DNA from: Candidatus Kapaibacterium sp.
GTDB taxonomy: Bacteria > Bacteroidota > Ignavibacteria > Kapaibacteriales > NICIL-2
Direction of reading: 5' to 3'
Assembly (NCBI GenBank): GCA_046297095.1
Contig: JBKCNS010000022.1
Location: 23,756-87,755 of the forward strand
DNA: 64,000 bases
A program made the position numbers and the translations under genes. Shown here one piece after another: positions 1 through 9,586 of this stretch (its first letter is position 1; each line of letters starts with the position of its first letter). A model generated the notes under the pieces. It saw only the letters and a list, made by a program, of their open reading frames with translations. It searched no databases and was not told the DNA's origin.

Positions 1-70
1 AACTCAAACCGGTTCTCGCTATAGAGCGCTTGAATCTACAAGAGTCAATAACAGCGGCTCCGAGGAGCAA

Positions 71-982
71 TCAAAGAATGTTCTTTCCCATAGTAGACGC
101 TACAACATCGCATGCGAAAATGGCACTGCTGTTTTTGTCGTCGAGAATGGGATTTACTTCGGCCACTTCCAGACTGCGCAGCAGTCCGCTCTCGGCAATC
201 ATTTCCATTGCAAGATGAATCTCTCGGTACGACAATCCGCCCGGCACCGGCGTTCCTACGCCTTTAACCAAGGTGGGATCTACACTATCCAAGTCGAAGC
301 TCACGTGTAAATGATCCACATGTTCTTTCATGTGGCGAAGCACATTTTTCATCACGGCATACATGCCTTTCTTGTCCAGGTCCGGCATCGTGTATGCCTG
401 CACTTTGCAGCTCTTGATGAGCGTGCGCTCGCCGGGATCCACACTGCGAATGCCAACGAGTGCCACGTTCGTAGGATCGAGTTTTGGCGCGAAGCCCATG
501 ATATTTGTGAGCAAGGGAGTGCCATATCCCAACGACACCGAGAGTGGCATGCCGTGAATGTTTCCCGAAGGCGTAGAGTCCGGTGTGTTCATATCTGCAT
601 GCGCATCTATCCATACCACACCCAGCCTTTTGTTATTCTCTCGGCAGTGCGCGGAAATGCCTGCCAGCGAGCCAATACTCATACTGTGATCACCACCGAG
701 TATCAGCGGAAAGCGATCGCGGTCTAAAATGCTCTTTACAGACTTCGCTAGTCGTTCGCAAGCCCTGCGTATCTCCGGCAGGTATTTAAGCGTAGGGTCT
801 TTGATGGTCTGCACTTCTTGTGTCTTTACCTGTATGTCGCCCTCGTCGGCAACGGTATATCCAAGAGCCGTTAGCCTGCCTGCTATATCGGCAATACGAA
901 TGGCACTGGGGCCCATATCCACGCCGCGCCTGTCGGCACCCAAGTCCATGGGAAATCCAAGTAACGAGATTGTCGGCTTCAT
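71..982 (-). CDS. rocF: arginase
   Basis: GGDHS, DAHAD, SGNIHGMP, SFDLDSVDP and GTPVPGG ureohydrolase motifs; N-terminal DLGADRRGVDMGP typical of arginase. Confidence 0.93.
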   Translation of the reverse strand: MKPTISLLGFPMDLGADRRGVDMGPSAIRIADIAGRLTALGYTVADEGDIQVKTQEVQTIKDPTLKYLPEIRRACERLAKSVKSILDRDRFPLILGGDHSMSIGSLAGISAHCRENNKRLGVVWIDAHADMNTPDSTPSGNIHGMPLSVSLGYGTPLLTNIMGFAPKLDPTNVALVGIRSVDPGERTLIKSCKVQAYTMPDLDKKGMYAVMKNVLRHMKEHVDHLHVSFDLDSVDPTLVKGVGTPVPGGLSYREIHLAMEMIAESGLLRSLEVAEVNPILDDKNSSAIFACDVVASTMGKNIL

Positions 983-1030
983 GCATCAACGATGAGTAGT
1001 GAACGGGATGTCGCGTAAATAATCACAGGG

Positions 1031-1038
1031 CAAATGTA
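1031..1038 (-). promoter_or_regulatory. Bacteroidota-type -7 promoter element (TACATTTG) for arginase
   Basis: exact TAnnTTTG on minus strand about 50 nt before the ATG. Confidence 0.55.
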
Positions 1039-1079
1039 CGAAACATCACAGCCGCCTGCCGCGGTTGGGCTAGCCCACG

Positions 1080-1087
1080 TATATTTG
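1080..1087 (+). promoter_or_regulatory. Bacteroidota-type -7 promoter element (TATATTTG) for pntB
   Basis: exact TAnnTTTG about 45-55 nt before the likely start; back-to-back with the arginase promoter. Confidence 0.55.
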
Positions 1088-1130
1088 CACCACTCGGTTG
1101 TGACCTGTACTATCATTGTGTGTTTCGGCT

Positions 1131-2558
1131 ATGGAATCAATGCCTTTTGTGAACTACTCGATACTCATTGTTTGCTACCTCATAGCATCAGTGCTCTTTG
1201 TAATAGGGTTGAAGATGCTCTCGCACCCGGATAGTGCGCGTCGCGGTAATATTCTCGCCGCTGTTGGTATGGGCGTGGGAATTCTCGGCACGCTGCTTCT
1301 TCACGAATCGAATGGCGAACCAATTCACAATCATTTATGGATGATTGCGGCCATGGCTATCGGCACCGTGTTGGGCTGGGTTTCGGCAAAGAGAGTGGCC
1401 ATGACGGCCATGCCGCAAATGGTGTCCATTTTCAATGGTATGGGTGGTGCGTGTGCCGCAGCAATTTCCCTTATTGAATTTGGCCACGCCACAGCGCATA
1501 CCGAGGGCGCTCTACCCATGCAGATGGGCTTGTCTATGACCATCATTGCCGGCTTGATTATTGGCTCTGTTTCCTTCAGCGGTTCCGTGATAGCGTTCTT
1601 TAAGCTGCAGGGAATTATGGAGAAGAATCTTCGCTTGCCTGCACAGAATATCTTCAATGCAGCAATGATGCTTGCTACGTTGGGTTTGGGAGTGTTTATT
1701 GTAACCTCGGGCAGCACCGACATGGGTTTAGTACTCACTGTGTTCGCGTTGTCCATTATCTACGGCGTGATGTTCGTTGCTCCCATCGGTGGTGCGGATA
1801 TGCCGGTGGTAATCTCCTTGCTGAACTCTTTCACCGGTATGGCTGCTGCCTTCGGCGGATTTCTTTACAACAACCAGGCAATGCTCACCGGCGGTATTCT
1901 TGTAGGTGCGGCAGGTACTCTGCTTACGGTACTTATGTGTAAGGCAATGAATCGCTCACTGGTGGCGGTGTTGTTCTCGGCATTCGGTTCTAGCGGTTCC
2001 GGTGCTTCAACATCCACGGCTCAAGGCAGCATCAAGGAAATCAGCGCTACAGATGTTGCAGTGATGATGAACTATGCTTCGAATGTGGTGATCGTTCCGG
2101 GATATGGTTTGGCGGTAGCGCAAGGCCAACATATTGTGCAGAAAATGGCGTCGATACTTGAAGAGCGTGGTGTTAATGTGAAGTATGCCATTCACCCCGT
2201 TGCCGGACGCATGCCCGGCCACATGAACGTGCTTCTTGCGGAATCAAATGTTCCGTACTCACAGCTCTTAGACATGGAAGAAATCAATCCCGAGTTTCCC
2301 GCAGCAGATGTGGTGATTGTGATTGGTGCCAACGACGTTGTGAATCCCGCTGCACGCCACGACACAAACTCTCCTATTTACGGAATGCCCATTCTGGATG
2401 CCGACAAGGCCAAGAATGTGATTATCATGAAGCGGAGTATGAGTGCGGGTTACGCGGGCATCGACAACGAGTTGTTCTATTATCCCAACGCGTACATGTT
2501 CTTCGGCGATGCAAAGAAATCGCTGGAGCGCTTGGTGGATGAGCTCAACGCATTGTAA
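1131..2558 (+). CDS. pntB: NAD(P) transhydrogenase subunit beta
   Basis: MTAMPQMV, IGGADMPVVISLLNS, VPGYGLAVAQ, HPVAGRMPGHMNVLLAE and GANDVVNPAA motifs; start ATG at 1131 or 1140. Confidence 0.96.
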   Translation: MESMPFVNYSILIVCYLIASVLFVIGLKMLSHPDSARRGNILAAVGMGVGILGTLLLHESNGEPIHNHLWMIAAMAIGTVLGWVSAKRVAMTAMPQMVSIFNGMGGACAAAISLIEFGHATAHTEGALPMQMGLSMTIIAGLIIGSVSFSGSVIAFFKLQGIMEKNLRLPAQNIFNAAMMLATLGLGVFIVTSGSTDMGLVLTVFALSIIYGVMFVAPIGGADMPVVISLLNSFTGMAAAFGGFLYNNQAMLTGGILVGAAGTLLTVLMCKAMNRSLVAVLFSAFGSSGSGASTSTAQGSIKEISATDVAVMMNYASNVVIVPGYGLAVAQGQHIVQKMASILEERGVNVKYAIHPVAGRMPGHMNVLLAESNVPYSQLLDMEEINPEFPAADVVIVIGANDVVNPAARHDTNSPIYGMPILDADKAKNVIIMKRSMSAGYAGIDNELFYYPNAYMFFGDAKKSLERLVDELNAL

Positions 2559-2691
2559 TTCTACGCAGAAGAAGAAGCCGAAGAAGATCCCAGCGATTAT
2601 ATTGTGTGCTTACACGCCCAAACGCTTCAACAGTGAATCGTGGTGGTGGCAGAGTAACACCCTTATGAATGTAGTTCTATAGTAGGAACAT

Positions 2692-2735
2692 CTTCACAAG
2701 ACCTTCGCAACACCTTCACAAAACCTTCAGAAAAC
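2692..2735. repeat. tandem repeat, 4 x 11 bp
   Basis: cttcacaagac/cttcgcaacac/cttcacaaaac/cttcagaaaac. Confidence 0.8.
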
Positions 2736-2775
2736 AGAAAGCCGGTACAACGAGTGTTGTACCGGCTTTTTCTTT
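2731..2775. terminator. bidirectional intrinsic terminator between pntB and cdsA
   Basis: perfect 14-bp stem aaagccggtacaac-gagt-gttgtaccggcttt flanked by A- and T-rich tracts. Confidence 0.85.
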
Positions 2776-2806
2776 GTTCCAACCATAGTTGTCTCAACGA
2801 GTTTTA

Positions 2807-2854
2807 TGTCACACGCACGAGGTGTCACACGCACGAGGTGTTACACGCACGAGC
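2807..2854. repeat. tandem repeat, 3 x 16 bp
   Basis: tgtcacacgcacgagg x2 + tgttacacgcacgagc, 4 nt from the cdsA stop. Confidence 0.9.
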
Positions 2855-2858
2855 ACGT

Positions 2859-3710
2859 TTATCGTACCAGAGTGAGATACACATACATCATCGGCGCTGC
2901 AAAGAGCAAGCTATCGAAACGATCCAGCACGCCGCCGTGGCCGGGTATAAGCGCCGAGCTGTCTTTGATTGCGGCATCGCGCTTGAGCAACGATTCGGCA
3001 AAATCACCAATGGGGCCAATGATGCCGACAAGAATTCCCAACACAATTGCATGTTCAACGGGAAAGGAGGGCAGCATAAAATGCGTGGATAATCCGAACG
3101 CAATTGGAGAAATCACAAGCCCGGCGATGCTTCCTTCCCATGATTTTTTAGGGCTGACGCGGGGAAAAATCTTATGACGACCAAAGGCAATGCCGGCGAA
3201 GTAAGCAGCGCTGTCGCCGCTCCACACGGTGATGCACATGCTCAGCAGCAAATATGCTTGCCACTGATCGTTCAGCTGCAAGGATGCGCCGAGCACCGAG
3301 TTTGGCGTGAGTGACATAAAGCGAACAAGAGTCATGCACGACATCAGCACGGTTACGTAGGCCAGTGAACTAAGCGATGCGGCAATATTCAAAAGAGGAT
3401 GCGGAATGTTTCTCCAAAGCTCCGTGCTCAGAAGGAGAATACAACTTGTCACTGCCACGGCGAAGGCATACGTGGTTCCCTGCAGGCAGTCGTATCCAAC
3501 CACCAGTGGAATAATAAAAGCAGGCAGCAACGTGACCAACGAATGTGGCAGCGTTCCTTTGGTCTCGGCCAGTTGACAGTACTCACGCACACCAAGCGCG
3601 CTGAGCACTGATATAAAGATGATAAATGGCCAGCCGCCGCTCAGCACCAACCACACAAACAGTGGAATGGCTACAACAGCAACAAGAACGCGAGTGACGA
3701 GATTACTCAT
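2859..3710 (-). CDS. cdsA: phosphatidate cytidylyltransferase
   Basis: DSAAYFAG, SPKKSWEG, GDFAESLLKRDAAIKDS and PGHGGVLDRFDS signature; likely start MSNLVTRV at 3710. Confidence 0.93.
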   Translation of the reverse strand: MSNLVTRVLVAVVAIPLFVWLVLSGGWPFIIFISVLSALGVREYCQLAETKGTLPHSLVTLLPAFIIPLVVGYDCLQGTTYAFAVAVTSCILLLSTELWRNIPHPLLNIAASLSSLAYVTVLMSCMTLVRFMSLTPNSVLGASLQLNDQWQAYLLLSMCITVWSGDSAAYFAGIAFGRHKIFPRVSPKKSWEGSIAGLVISPIAFGLSTHFMLPSFPVEHAIVLGILVGIIGPIGDFAESLLKRDAAIKDSSALIPGHGGVLDRFDSLLFAAPMMYVYLTLVR

Positions 3711-3955
3711 AGTGGAAGTCTGTGGTGATAGTTCATGGTGATAGTTTGCGGCAGCGTTGTGCTCTTTGTGATTGTTGTGGGTGATCTCTGTTTGGACTTG
3801 TGTTTCGACAGTCAGTGCTTGGCACAACTCTCGCCGCAAAGATACTCGACCATGGAAAGATGTCCACGTCAATCATCACTGAGATTTGTCATGTATTTTT
3901 GAACGCATGAATTAGTTGAAGCACCGGTATTTTCCTGCGCACAACGGAACAATCT

Positions 3956-4867
3956 ATGGCTACATCGTCGCGCAATTTCTTCGTATCAAAAAGTGAGCAA
4001 CGGGCATTGAACGCCTCGCTGGGTGTTGGTGTGTGTATGCTTGGGCTGAAGTGGTATGCCTATGCTATCACCGGATCGGTGGCGATTTTTTCTGATGCGG
4101 TGGAATCGGTGGTGCATCAGTTTGCCGTGGCCTTTGCATGGTACTCACTGCGTGTTACCTACAGGCCGCCCGATGACGAGCACCATTACGGTCACGATAA
4201 GATTACCTATTTCTCTGCCGGGCTCGAAGGTGGATTGATCGTCGTTGCAGCCATTGTTATTATCTACGAAGCAGTAACAAAGTTGATTGTAGGTGTGACG
4301 CTGGAGCAATTGGGTATCGGTACCGCTCTCACGGCAACCGCAGGTGCTGTAAATGCATTCTTAGGATGGTTCTTGGTTCGCACCGGCAAGCGTGAGCGCT
4401 CGTTGATCGTGGAAGCAAACGGCCGACACATACTCACCGATGCATGGACCAGCGTAGGCGCCGTGGCGGGGTTACTGTTAGCTTGGCAAACGGGATTTTA
4501 CTTTATCGATCCCATGCTGGCATTACTGTTCGGTGGCAATATCATTTTCGAAGGCGTGAAGCTGATGCGCAATTCGGCCGGTGGCCTTATGGACCGCACC
4601 AACGCTGAGTATGAGCAGGCAGGACGTGCCGCGCTGCAAAAGTATTGCGACGATCATCACACCAGTTATCATCGCTTTCGTTTACGAGAAAGCGGTCAGC
4701 GTGTGTATGTAGATTTTCACATTGTGTTCGACGACGGTACCACCATTGAAGATGCGCATCGTATGGCTACAGAGGCTGAGCAATGCGTGGTGGATGCTAT
4801 TGATCATTCCGTAGAAGTGCTTAGCCACCTGGAAAGCACCAATGTGCCGGACGGCCACGCCGATTAA
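3956..4867 (+). CDS. cation diffusion facilitator (FieF-like) metal transporter
   Basis: GSVAIFSDAVES, PPDDEHHYGH and HILTD motifs, 6 TM helices, C-terminal dimerisation domain; TATTTTTG at 3894-3901. Confidence 0.9.
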   Translation: MATSSRNFFVSKSEQRALNASLGVGVCMLGLKWYAYAITGSVAIFSDAVESVVHQFAVAFAWYSLRVTYRPPDDEHHYGHDKITYFSAGLEGGLIVVAAIVIIYEAVTKLIVGVTLEQLGIGTALTATAGAVNAFLGWFLVRTGKRERSLIVEANGRHILTDAWTSVGAVAGLLLAWQTGFYFIDPMLALLFGGNIIFEGVKLMRNSAGGLMDRTNAEYEQAGRAALQKYCDDHHTSYHRFRLRESGQRVYVDFHIVFDDGTTIEDAHRMATEAEQCVVDAIDHSVEVLSHLESTNVPDGHAD

Positions 4868-4895
4868 ACATCGCTGCCGTTTGCAGCGAAACATT

Positions 4896-5552
4896 CTATA
4901 CCAACTGCTCAATCAATGACTCGGCCTCCTCGAATTGTGCGCCGCGGCGCACAATGGAGAAGGCCTTGGTTTGCATGTCGATGATCGTTGATCGTTCAAA
5001 GCCCAAACTTTCCTCGTGATTGGAAATGTCGTCGATGGCTACAACCACGTCCACAAGCGACGACAAATCGTCCACACATTCTTGCCAGCTGTAGTATTCT
5101 TCGTTGTTGGAGTTCTTCGCGCTTACGGAAATCAACGGCTCATCCAGCGAGCGAAGTATCTCGCGTGCTATCATCGAGTCCGGTACGCGAATACCAACAG
5201 AGGTTCGCTTGGGATCGTGAGCATACGAGGGTACACTTTTCGTGGCCGGTAGAATAAACGTGTATGGTCCGGGAATGAGTTTTTTCATCACATGAAAGGC
5301 GCGATCGCTCACAATAGCATACTCGGCAATGTGGGCAAGTGAGTCGCAGAGAAAAGTCATGCTTTGTCGCGAGGGAAGTCCACGAATGGTGCGAATGCGA
5401 TCAATACCGGTTTTGTTTCGAAGAGCACATCCCAGTGCCATCCCGGTATCAGTGGGATAGAGAATTACATCTCCGTGTCGAATGCGCTCGGCAATACGCG
5501 CCAGCACCGTGGCGTCCGGTGTACGAGCATGAAGGGTAAACAAATGCGGCAT
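4896..5552 (-). CDS. Sua5/YciO/YrdC family protein (threonylcarbamoyl-AMP synthase fold)
   Basis: YPTDT, PGPYTFIL, VGIRVPD and STIID motifs; YciO-like. Confidence 0.88.
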   Translation of the reverse strand: MPHLFTLHARTPDATVLARIAERIRHGDVILYPTDTGMALGCALRNKTGIDRIRTIRGLPSRQSMTFLCDSLAHIAEYAIVSDRAFHVMKKLIPGPYTFILPATKSVPSYAHDPKRTSVGIRVPDSMIAREILRSLDEPLISVSAKNSNNEEYYSWQECVDDLSSLVDVVVAIDDISNHEESLGFERSTIIDMQTKAFSIVRRGAQFEEAESLIEQLV

Positions 5553-5637
5553 ACGGCAGTATGTGTAGTAAGTAAGGGGTGCGGGGTGATTTCTATGGCG
5601 CGCTCACATGCGCCTTGCAACTATTCGTGGCCTGCAC

Positions 5638-6891
5638 TTACGAGGTGGCAGCAGTTACTTCTTCGTCTGTTATGGGAAGAACCATGGATATGGTTGTTCC
5701 TCTGCCTAAGCCCTCGCTGTAGGCAGATACACCGCCGCCATGAAACTCCACGATTCGTTTTACGATGAACAATCCTAATCCTGTGCTGCTCTCTCCGCCT
5801 GTGGGTTTGGCAGAGAGACGTGCAAACTCGCGGAAGGCGTTGTTGATATCCTCGGGAGTCATTCCCTGACCGGTATCCTGTACCTCGATGGTGAGATAGC
5901 GCTCGTCTCGGAATGCTCGCAGGGTAATTGCACCTTTATCGGAGGTGAACTTTATGGAATTGCTAATCAGATTGTCTAATGCTTTGCGCAACTGAATCTC
6001 GTCGCCCACCAATGTGATGTCCGTCATCGGAATATCAACATTGATCCAAATTCCTTTTTGCTCGGCTATAGGCGTAAATGAACGCGCACAAGCGCGGAGC
6101 AAGGTTGCAATGTCGATTACATCCTTGCGCATGCGCAGGTCAGCTCTGCTAAGGATAGCTATAGAGAGCATGTCCTCCACAAGGGCACGCATCAATCCGG
6201 ATGATCTTTTTGCAAGGCCTACAAGCTCCTGCACGTCGGGATTACTCTCGCCGATTTTATCCAACTCCACAAGAACCGAATCCAAATTGTCCAGGGGATT
6301 CTGAAGATCGTGAACAGACAGACGAATCACCCGCTCACGAGACGATTGCAACTCCTGAAGAGCTTCGTTGGCTCGGGACAACTCCGACGAGCGCAGCGCC
6401 ACAAGTCTCTCCAAGTGTAAGTTATGTTCCTGCAACCGATGAAGGAGGCTTTCGTGCGTGTATCGCAACTGAATGTGATCACTCACGCGATCAATCATAA
6501 TTCGCAGTTGCAATAAGTCCAGAGGTTTGGTAAGGTAATACGAAATGCCGGCTTCGTTGATCGCGTTAATAATAGACATCGCTCCGGTATATCCGGTCAT
6601 GAGAATACGCTCACATTCGGGGCGAATACTCTTGAACTCGGTCAACAAATCCGCTCCGCTTTCGTTTTCAAGCCGCAGATCGCAGATAACAATGTCGAAA
6701 TCGATGGTGGAGAACAACTGACGTGCCCGAAGCCCCGTAGTACAACAGGTAATCTCGTGTAAATCCTCAAAGAACAGCGAAATGGCATCGAGCATGGCTT
6801 GCTCGTCGTCCACGACTAAAATGCGCAGTCTGGGCAATACAGCCGAGACACGCACTTCGGGGTCGCTGATGATATGAGAGTTTAGAGCCAA
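5638..6891 (-). CDS. cytoplasmic hybrid response regulator / histidine kinase
   Basis: N-terminal receiver (VVDDE, ICD, TKP), coiled coil, H-box HDLQNPL, N-box NLISNSIKF, DTGQG, GLGL; no TM helix. Confidence 0.9.
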   Translation of the reverse strand: MALNSHIISDPEVRVSAVLPRLRILVVDDEQAMLDAISLFFEDLHEITCCTTGLRARQLFSTIDFDIVICDLRLENESGADLLTEFKSIRPECERILMTGYTGAMSIINAINEAGISYYLTKPLDLLQLRIMIDRVSDHIQLRYTHESLLHRLQEHNLHLERLVALRSSELSRANEALQELQSSRERVIRLSVHDLQNPLDNLDSVLVELDKIGESNPDVQELVGLAKRSSGLMRALVEDMLSIAILSRADLRMRKDVIDIATLLRACARSFTPIAEQKGIWINVDIPMTDITLVGDEIQLRKALDNLISNSIKFTSDKGAITLRAFRDERYLTIEVQDTGQGMTPEDINNAFREFARLSAKPTGGESSTGLGLFIVKRIVEFHGGGVSAYSEGLGRGTTISMVLPITDEEVTAATS

Positions 6892-7068
6892 GACGAAAGG
6901 GTTTTTACAATAATCCTACGAATACAGCCATCACGGGGCCGATACCGCATACGCCGTTAAGATACGAAATTCGCGGCGAACAAATGCCGGGCCGTGGTTC
7001 TGCCTGCTGCACTATCTTGAGTTCAGAATCACAAAAACACAGGACTCGTAGAACAGTCTTTATTCCGA

Positions 7069-7737
7069 ATGAACGAATTATTCTCCTTATTTATAGGCGG
7101 TTGTTGCGGATTTGTACTGACCATTCCACCGGGCCCGGTTGCATCGTACACGCTGGAAACCACGTTGCGCGTAGGGTATCGTGCGGGAAGAAGGGTGGCG
7201 TTGGGCGTTGCAATAGTGGATACGGTGTTTTGTCTGGGAGTGCTGTTTGCATCGTCGGCAATTATTCAATGGGGAATTGATCTGGCGGAGCAGCATAGCC
7301 AAGTGGCACTCGTGACGAAGTATACGATTGTGGTGGGAATTCTGGCCGCAGGAGTGTTTCAAATGATTCGTCCTTCCAATGTCACGGCAGTCTCGCCGGT
7401 TCATCTGGAAACGCATGTATCCGGTTCAAAGCCCATTCTTGTGGGAGCGGCAACTGCACTGAGTAATGCTTTTAATCCAACGTTTCTTCCTTCACTCACG
7501 GCCATCATAACATCGATTTCGGCTGCCGTTCCGGGAATAGCTGTTTCGGGAGCGGACAGGTTGCTGTTCGCGGGCGGCTTCGGCGCAGGTACCTACTTGT
7601 GGCTACACGCGGTCACAAATGTGGTACGTAAACACCACGGTGCACTTTCTCCAACCCTAATGAAACTGATTCGGCGCATCGGCGGGTTCATCTTCGCCTT
7701 GTTTGCTCTGTGGATTTTGTGGAAAATGTCTGCATAG
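7069..7737 (+). CDS. LysE family translocator
   Basis: IPPGP near the N-terminus, NP motif, 5-6 TM helices. Confidence 0.75.
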   Translation: MNELFSLFIGGCCGFVLTIPPGPVASYTLETTLRVGYRAGRRVALGVAIVDTVFCLGVLFASSAIIQWGIDLAEQHSQVALVTKYTIVVGILAAGVFQMIRPSNVTAVSPVHLETHVSGSKPILVGAATALSNAFNPTFLPSLTAIITSISAAVPGIAVSGADRLLFAGGFGAGTYLWLHAVTNVVRKHHGALSPTLMKLIRRIGGFIFALFALWILWKMSA

Positions 7738-7822
7738 ACACATAGTACGAACACAGTCCTTGCTTCGTATGTTCGTTCGGTGTTTTTAACCACATTCACG
7801 CTGCGGTACAGCAGGTAGCTTC

Positions 7823-8560
7823 ATGGATTCCGTAATTGTTCTGGATATCGAAACTTCACCCATGCCGTGGGACACATTCGACGACGTGCAGCATGAATAT
7901 TTGCTGCGCGGCGCGCAAAGCGATGAAGACAAAGAGCGTAAACGTTCAGAGATGGCTCTTGCTCCGTTCACCGGCATGATTGTGTGTGTTGGTTTCATAC
8001 ACTTACGTCGCAATGAGCAGGGTGTGTTCGACGTAGTGAAAAAAGTATGCTTAATGCGCGACGCCGATAATGCCGAAGAAATTGTGAAGGAAGATACTGC
8101 GGACATCGTCGTGGTGCGTACGTCTGAAGCCCGCATGCTGCAACACTTCTGGACATATCTACAGCAGCAGCAGGAGCAATCGCGGTTACATTTTGTTACC
8201 TTCAACGGCCGAGGATTCGACATGCCGTTTCTCATGCTTCGCTCGGCTGCTCTTCGTGTGAGGCCATCGGTGAATCTTATGAGCGGCACGCGTTTCAACT
8301 ATCGTGATAATCACACCGATCTGCTGGACGAACTTACCTTTTTTGCACCGCAGCAGAACGGCGCCACGCGGCGATTCAATCTGGATTTTTATACCAAGAC
8401 GTTTGGCATATCATCGCCCAAAAGCGAAGGCGTGGACGGCAGTAAAGTGGCTAAGATGTACGAAGCCCGAGAGTACGTTGCCATCGCGGAATACTGTATG
8501 CGCGACATCGAAGCAACGTGGGAGCTGTATCGCTTTTGGCGTGAGTTGTTGAAGTACTAG
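7823..8560 (+). CDS. stand-alone 3'-5' exonuclease (DEDDy, PolB-exonuclease-like)
   Basis: ExoI LDIET, ExoII FNGRGFD, ExoIII YCMRD. Confidence 0.85.
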   Translation: MDSVIVLDIETSPMPWDTFDDVQHEYLLRGAQSDEDKERKRSEMALAPFTGMIVCVGFIHLRRNEQGVFDVVKKVCLMRDADNAEEIVKEDTADIVVVRTSEARMLQHFWTYLQQQQEQSRLHFVTFNGRGFDMPFLMLRSAALRVRPSVNLMSGTRFNYRDNHTDLLDELTFFAPQQNGATRRFNLDFYTKTFGISSPKSEGVDGSKVAKMYEAREYVAIAEYCMRDIEATWELYRFWRELLKY

Positions 8561-8588
8561 TGCATGAACAGCTCTGCATGCGCTGTGC

Positions 8589-9503
8589 TTATTGTGCAAT
8601 GAGCTTAGCGCGGCGCTCGCTTCGCAGTTCGTATAGATACTCGGCAACTTCAGCGGAGACAAGAATGATAAGAGCCGAGTAGTACATCCATAGAGCGGCG
8701 GCCACGAGCACGCTGAACGTACCGTAAAATCTTCCGAAGGTAGAGATGTGATTAAGGTAGTATGTAAACACCGCACGCGCTGCTTCCCATAGCAGTGAGC
8801 TGGTTGCCGATGCCAACAAAATGATAAACAGCGGTTGTGGTTTGTTCGGCACAAAACGCAGAATCACGGCAAAGAAGAAAAACGCGGTAACAGACGAAAT
8901 CACAAAGGCCACAAAGCTGGACATGCTCAATGGACCCAGCGATGGCGATAGTCCCACCACCCCGGAACTGAACAAGGATACCAGCGGCGTGAAAAATGTG
9001 GAAAGTAAAATCACCAAGCCGATCAAGATGGTGAATCCAAGGTCTTTGATTTTGTACACCAGAAAAAACTTCGGTGTTGGAATACTAAAAATGGCATTGA
9101 GGCCGGTGCGCAGGGAACTAAACAAAGCCGACGAGGTCCAAATGAGAATCACTAAGCCCACAAAACCGGCAGTGCTGCTGGAGTTTCGTATGGATTGAAT
9201 CTCTTCCAACACCGAAGCCACCAGGTTACGCGTGCTCTCGGTGGCAGGTAATGTATCGTACAAGGTCTTTTGAATGATCGCTGTAACAACCACGATATCC
9301 ACAAACCGACCCGCAACGTACACACCCACCAGAAGCAGCGGGAATACACACAATGCCACATTAAAGGAGATACCTGCTGCCAGCAGAAAGATGTGCAAGC
9401 GCTCGAATCTCTCGCTAAGAACTTCCGCATGATGCCATAGAGCTCGGGCCAAGTCGATAGCCGCGCTGAACGGATTATAGGATGAAGATGATTCTTTGCG
9501 CAT
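8589..9503 (-). CDS. YihY/BrkB family membrane protein
   Basis: LAAGISFN..FP, LWEAAR, YGTFS..LWMYYS; 6 TM helices. Confidence 0.88.
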   Translation of the reverse strand: MRKESSSSYNPFSAAIDLARALWHHAEVLSERFERLHIFLLAAGISFNVALCVFPLLLVGVYVAGRFVDIVVVTAIIQKTLYDTLPATESTRNLVASVLEEIQSIRNSSSTAGFVGLVILIWTSSALFSSLRTGLNAIFSIPTPKFFLVYKIKDLGFTILIGLVILLSTFFTPLVSLFSSGVVGLSPSLGPLSMSSFVAFVISSVTAFFFFAVILRFVPNKPQPLFIILLASATSSLLWEAARAVFTYYLNHISTFGRFYGTFSVLVAAALWMYYSALIILVSAEVAEYLYELRSERRAKLIAQ

Positions 9504-9586
9504 AAAACAATGGAAACATGCAGTGCCGTATGGCGCTCGCGTGTTGGTCGTGGTGTAGATTTGTTACAAAAGTATCGAAGCACATC

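Noticed and set aside
3711-3872. N-terminal extensions from the ORF track for cdsA (also tig, hpt, proS, PorQ-like and the last flippase)
   Set aside because: They run through promoter elements, repeats or the preceding gene, and family similarity starts at downstream ATG/GTG codons, unlike the TilS and RluB extensions.
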